10,109 nucleotides of DNA from an uncultured Deinococcales bacterium (GTDB taxonomy: Bacteria; Deinococcota; Deinococci; Deinococcales; JAAFIG01), in contig CAXTTL010000180.1 of assembly GCA_964247135.1 (NCBI GenBank), positions 1 to 10,109 of the forward strand, read 5' to 3'. A model generated the notes under the pieces. It was not told the origin of the DNA. It made no database searches and saw nothing but the letters and a program-made list of their open reading frames with translations. Position numbers and translations under genes: made by a program. Every line of letters begins with the position of its first letter. The stretch's first letter is position 1. Shown here piece by piece: positions 6,490 through 10,109 of the stretch.

Positions 6490-8126
6490 ACTTTTTTGGA
6501 AGCTCGAGTTTGGGCAAAAAACCTTGAGAGTAACGCACTGGATTGTTTCTCGAGCACGCCAGTTCTGACCTCAATTTGGTGCGACCAATCGGCTCGAGTG
6601 GCGTCCATGACACCACCCAATGCGCCGTTCTTGCTCGAGTTTGCACCGAACACCACACGTTTTACCCTGGCTTCCAAAATTGCTCCCAAACACATCAGGC
6701 ACGGCTCGAGCGTGACAACCAAAGTGCATTCGGTTAAATACGGCGTCTCGAGTTTCAGGGTTGCATCTCTTATGGCTTCGAGTTCGGCATGACGCGTCAT
6801 ATCGGAATGTTCAAAGCTGCGGTTGCGTCCGACGCCAACGACCTCTCCCCTATGCAAGATGACCGCACCGACAGGAACTTCGCCCACTTCAAGGGCTTCA
6901 TCCGCCAAATCGAGCGCGTGTTTCATCGCGTCAATTTCCACATCTCGAGTCACGCCAATTCGCACGTCAAGAATTGGTGGCTCGAGTCCAACGAAAAGCA
7001 CTTCAGAACCTTGCGCGACTAAAGGAATGCTGTCTCGAATTTCTCGAGGAGTTTTTTGGTCAATCAAAACATCGGATAGTTTGCGAGTTCCTCCAGACAA
7101 TTGAATTCGATCTCCTGCCACTCGAGTTCTTTGAATGGCATTTGGGAAGCTCGAGAAATCGAGGTTTTGAATATCAATGTCGGGTTGGAATTGTTGAAGT
7201 TCTGTTTTGAAAATCTCGAGTTTCCCGTTTTGAATCACACCAACATAATCTTGAGGCAATGAAACTCGAGTCACGGCGGGATTCTCAAGTTTGCCGCGAA
7301 TTTCTTCTAAATGCGCGAAATCCACGTTCAATCCCGCACCCTCGAGCTGGCGTCGAATCTGGCGACGTTGCAAGACTTTTGGCTCGAGCGAAAGATCAGC
7401 CCAACTTGGAATTCTTGCCGTCAGTTCCTCAAGAAACGCGTCTTCTTCTCGAGCCAGCGTTCCGAACCTGGCGAGTGATTCAGCGGCTTTGGGATAACGC
7501 TCGAGGAGTTTGGGCATGATCTCGAGCCTGACCCAATTCCGGGTGTAGGTCGTGTCGGTGTTGCTCGAGTCTTCGCGCCAGGTTAAGCCAAGTTCAAGCA
7601 TAAATTGCTCGAGTTGAACTTTTGAAATCTCGAGCATCGGGCGCAAAATCGAACCGCGTCTTGCTGGTATTCCTGTGGCTCGAGCCGTACCGCGCAAGAG
7701 TTGCATCAAAACGGTTTCGGCGTTGTCCTCGAGATGATGTGCGGTCAGAATGGCGTTCGAGTTTGTTTTTTTGGCAACTCGAGTTAGAAATTCGTAACGG
7801 ATTTTTCTTGCGCCTTCCTCGAGACTCCAACCGCGCTTGGCAGCAATTTCGAGGATATTCACGCGTTCAGAAAAAAACTTTATCTCGAGTTTTGAGCATG
7901 TATCCCGCACAAAATCAGCATCCAAACTCGAGTCTTCTCGAATGCCGTGATCCAAATGCGCAACTGAAAAAGGCAATCCAGTCTCGAGCATCAAATACAG
8001 CAACGCGATTGAATCACGCCCGCCAGAAACCGCCAGCAGCACAGCCTCGAGTGCAATTTTTGGCTTTTGATTTGCCAAATCCTCGAGCTTGGTTTTGATT
8101 TGATCGACAAGCTTCACGCCTTGCAT
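6486..8126 (-). CDS. tilS: tRNA(Ile)-lysidine synthetase TilS fused to a C-terminal tRNA adenosine(34) deaminase (TadA-like) domain
   Basis: PP-loop AVSGGRDS, HLDHGIR, TAHHLEDNAETVLMQLLRGT, EDSSN..YTRNWVR and TilS C-terminal GDRIQLSGGTRKLSDVLID. The deaminase domain has GEVPVGAV, HAE and TLEPCLMC. The real start may be GTG at 8117 (TATCAT 7 bp upstream). Confidence 0.95.
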   Translation of the reverse strand: MQGVKLVDQIKTKLEDLANQKPKIALEAVLLAVSGGRDSIALLYLMLETGLPFSVAHLDHGIREDSSLDADFVRDTCSKLEIKFFSERVNILEIAAKRGWSLEEGARKIRYEFLTRVAKKTNSNAILTAHHLEDNAETVLMQLLRGTARATGIPARRGSILRPMLEISKVQLEQFMLELGLTWREDSSNTDTTYTRNWVRLEIMPKLLERYPKAAESLARFGTLAREEDAFLEELTARIPSWADLSLEPKVLQRRQIRRQLEGAGLNVDFAHLEEIRGKLENPAVTRVSLPQDYVGVIQNGKLEIFKTELQQFQPDIDIQNLDFSSFPNAIQRTRVAGDRIQLSGGTRKLSDVLIDQKTPREIRDSIPLVAQGSEVLFVGLEPPILDVRIGVTRDVEIDAMKHALDLADEALEVGEVPVGAVILHRGEVVGVGRNRSFEHSDMTRHAELEAIRDATLKLETPYLTECTLVVTLEPCLMCLGAILEARVKRVVFGANSSKNGALGGVMDATRADWSHQIEVRTGVLEKQSSALLSRFFAQTRASKKV

Positions 8127-8170
8127 GATACGGTTTGTTCAAAGCCAATTTCATCCCAACAGGAGAACCC

Positions 8171-9637
8171 ATGTCCTATATTCTTGCCCTAGACCAAGGC
8201 ACAACCTCGAGCCGTGCGATTGTTTTTGGTTTGACCGGACGTCCCGTCGCCAGCGCCCAACGCGAATTCAAGCAGTTTTACCCGCAACCTGGTTGGGTCG
8301 AACACGATCCGCTCGAGATTCTCGAGTCGCAAATCACGGTGGCGCGGCAGGCGCTCGAGAAATCGCCTGGAGAGGTGCAAGGCATTGGCATCACCAACCA
8401 GCGTGAAACGGTGGTGCTTTGGGAGCGCTCGAGCGGCAAACCAGTCCACAACGCGATTGTCTGGCAGGACAGGCGCACGGCTGGTTTTTGTGACGAATTG
8501 AAAGCCAGAGGTCTCGAGAAAACCTTGATCGAAAAAACGGGGCTGCTGGTCGATCCGTACTTTTCAGGCACAAAACTGGCGTGGTTGCTCGAGAATGTGC
8601 CTGGGCTTCGCAAACGAGCCGAGGCGGGAGAATTGGCGTTCGGTACAGTGGATTCATGGTTGATCTGGAATTTGACTGGCGGCAAAGTTCATGCGACCGA
8701 TGTCACAAACGCCGCCAGAACCTTGATGCTGAACCTTCATACGCTCGAATGGGACAGCGAAATCCTCGAGATTCTGAATGTGCCACGTGCCGTGCTGCCC
8801 GAAGTCCGAGCCTCGAGCGGAAGTTTTGGCGACGCTGAGATGCTGGGCGGTTTGCCGATTTTGGGCGTGGCGGGAGATCAACACGCGGCGTTGTTCGGGC
8901 AAGCATGTCTCGAGCCTGGAATGGCAAAAAATACCTACGGCACGGGTTGCTTCATGCTCATGAACACAGGCGAGAAATTGATTCCAAGCCAGAATAAACT
9001 CCTCACCACCCCAGCTTGGAAACTCGAGAAACCCACCTTCGCGCTCGAGGGCAGCGTGTTTATTGCTGGCGCGATAGTCCAATGGTTGCGCGATGAAATG
9101 CAGTTTTTCAGTTCCGCCGCCGAAGTCGAACTGCTCGCCTCGAGCGTGAACGACAACGCGGGCGTCTACATCGTGCCGGCTTTTGCAGGTTTGGGTGCGC
9201 CGCACTGGGACCCGTATGCTCGAGGGACGATTCTGGGCTTGACCCGAGGTTCGGGCAAAGCCCACATCGCTCGGGCGGCGCTCGAGTCGATTGCCTATCA
9301 AACCCGTGATTTGCTCGAGGCGATGCAAAAAGATTCTGGCATTCAACTCAAAGAATTGCGGGTTGACGGCGGCGCAACGCAGAATAATTTATTGATGCAG
9401 TTTCAAGCCGACATTCTGAATGTTCCCGTCGTGCGTCCCGCCGTCACCGAAACCACGGCTTTGGGCGCGGCGTACTTGGCTGGTCTGGCGCTCGGCGTGT
9501 TTACGCTCGAGGGCATCCGTCAGAATTGGGCGCTCGAGCGCCGCTTTGAACCCAGCATGAACCCAGTTGAACGTGAAAAGTTGATTCATGGTTGGGATCG
9601 GGCTGTGGGTCGGGCTAAAGGTTGGCTCGAGGCATGA
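8171..9637 (+). CDS. glpK: Glycerol kinase
   Basis: [64 protein letters not shown] and LRVDGGA. Shine-Dalgarno AGGAG at 8161-8165 precedes ATG 8171. 488 aa. Confidence 0.97.
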   Translation: MSYILALDQGTTSSRAIVFGLTGRPVASAQREFKQFYPQPGWVEHDPLEILESQITVARQALEKSPGEVQGIGITNQRETVVLWERSSGKPVHNAIVWQDRRTAGFCDELKARGLEKTLIEKTGLLVDPYFSGTKLAWLLENVPGLRKRAEAGELAFGTVDSWLIWNLTGGKVHATDVTNAARTLMLNLHTLEWDSEILEILNVPRAVLPEVRASSGSFGDAEMLGGLPILGVAGDQHAALFGQACLEPGMAKNTYGTGCFMLMNTGEKLIPSQNKLLTTPAWKLEKPTFALEGSVFIAGAIVQWLRDEMQFFSSAAEVELLASSVNDNAGVYIVPAFAGLGAPHWDPYARGTILGLTRGSGKAHIARAALESIAYQTRDLLEAMQKDSGIQLKELRVDGGATQNNLLMQFQADILNVPVVRPAVTETTALGAAYLAGLALGVFTLEGIRQNWALERRFEPSMNPVEREKLIHGWDRAVGRAKGWLEA

Positions 9638-9684
9638 AATGGAGCCATCAGAAAAACAATTTGCCACTTCTCAAGAACTCAATA

Positions 9685-9770
9685 AAACTCCCTTCTCCCG
9701 CGAGCGGGAGAAGGCGACCCCGCCCGCCAGGTGCGCGTTTGGGGTCAAGAGAGGTCGGGGATGAGCGTGG
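9685..9770 (-). repeat. BoxC/REP-like repeat, copy 2 (inverted relative to copy 1) with a 39-bp internal insertion
   Basis: aaactcccttctcccgcgagcgggagaag-[9714-9752]-ggtcggggatgagcgtgg is the reverse complement of 1826-1872 except for the 2-nt loop, one substitution and the insert. Confidence 0.75.
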
Positions 9771-9842
9771 CAGAAGTCATCGCTATGGTTCCAAGCCAAT
9801 GCAACTGTCCACACGTTGCGTCCAAGTTTCGGACTCCCTCGA

Positions 9843-10109
9843 GTGACCTATTCTCGAGACATCAAAACCTTGTTCCTCACCCGTGGCGTGCGAACCTTCG
9901 CTTACGGTTCGCTGGCGGTCATCATCGCGCTGTTTTTGGCGGCTCGAGGTTTTAACGACAAAGGCATCGGTTTGTTGTTCACCCTGACTTTGGTTGGCGA
10001 TGCGGTCTTAAGTTTAGGTGTCTCGAGTGTCGCGGATCGGGTTGGACGCAAGCGCTTGTTGGTGCTCAGTTGCGCCTTGGTGGTCATGGCGGGGCTTGTA
10101 TTCGCCTTG
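9843..10109 (+). CDS. MFS transporter, N-terminal part (runs off the window)
   Basis: From GTG 9843: MTYSRDIKTLFLTRGVRTFAYGSLAVIIALFLAARGFNDKGIGLLFTLTLVGDAVLSLGVSSVADRVGRKRLLVLSCALVVMAGLVFAL. It has TM helices and MFS motif A (ADRVGRKR). It is absent from the ORF track because there is no stop codon. The start is uncertain (TTG 9816 is also in frame). Confidence 0.85.
   Translation, partial: MTYSRDIKTLFLTRGVRTFAYGSLAVIIALFLAARGFNDKGIGLLFTLTLVGDAVLSLGVSSVADRVGRKRLLVLSCALVVMAGLVFAL

Larger units (their letters stand above)
200..10027. repeat. Dispersed highly iterated palindrome CTCGAG (~97 copies)
   Basis: Manual count of about 97 exact copies from 200-205 to 10022-10027, irregularly spaced, inside and between genes. 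Confidence 0.95.

Noticed and set aside
8135-8170. N-terminal extension of glpK in the ORF track
   Set aside because: Homology starts at [10 protein letters not shown], and the Shine-Dalgarno AGGAG sits just before ATG 8171.
8654-9346. 230-aa antisense ORF inside glpK (also 3779-4381, 1394-1936, 7622-8098 and other overlapping ORFs)
   Set aside because: These are shadow or alternate-frame ORFs over well-supported genes, with no recognisable motifs.
33-9675. Near-match variants (CTCGAA/TTCGAG, CTCAAG/CTTGAG) as a signature of which base is methylated
   Set aside because: Several variant classes are present, and I could not establish a significant bias by eye. This needs genome-wide counts.
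1826-9770. The two inverted BoxC-like copies as ends of one 8-kb transposon
   Set aside because: The enclosed DNA includes housekeeping tilS and glpK, there is no transposase and no target duplication was seen. Independent dispersed repeats are more parsimonious.
200-10027. CTCGAG repeats as a CRISPR array or tandem repeat
   Set aside because: The repeat unit is only 6 bp, spacing is irregular, flanks are not conserved, and the copies lie inside intact protein-coding genes.
200-10027. CTCGAG excess as an XhoI cloning or concatemer artefact
   Set aside because: Conserved proteins (GlpK, TilS-TadA) read colinearly and in frame through dozens of sites, which random fragment ligation would not produce.

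Overview
Bacterial chromosomal window, probably Deinococcota (inferred from a TilS-TadA fusion and leaderless TAnnnT-N6/7-start promoters; not verified by search). Gene order: minus-strand promoter firing off the left edge; secreted/membrane hypothetical protein (+); DUF433 pseudogene remnant; Pol-beta-type nucleotidyltransferase (-); beta-lactamase-fold serine hydrolase (+); ~294-bp MITE-like element; orphan AAA_21/ABC-like ATPase (-); DUF4180 protein (+); tilS-tadA fusion (-); glpK (+); 5' part of an MFS transporter (+). The dominant signal is the palindrome CTCGAG, which I counted by hand about 97 times in 10.1 kb (about 2.5 expected at equal base frequencies). It occurs in all three codon phases and between genes, is densest in housekeeping genes and is depleted in the accessory block. 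This looks like a HIP1-like highly iterated palindrome system. Two inverted copies of a ~47-bp BoxC-like hairpin repeat are also present, one carrying a nested 39-bp hairpin insertion.
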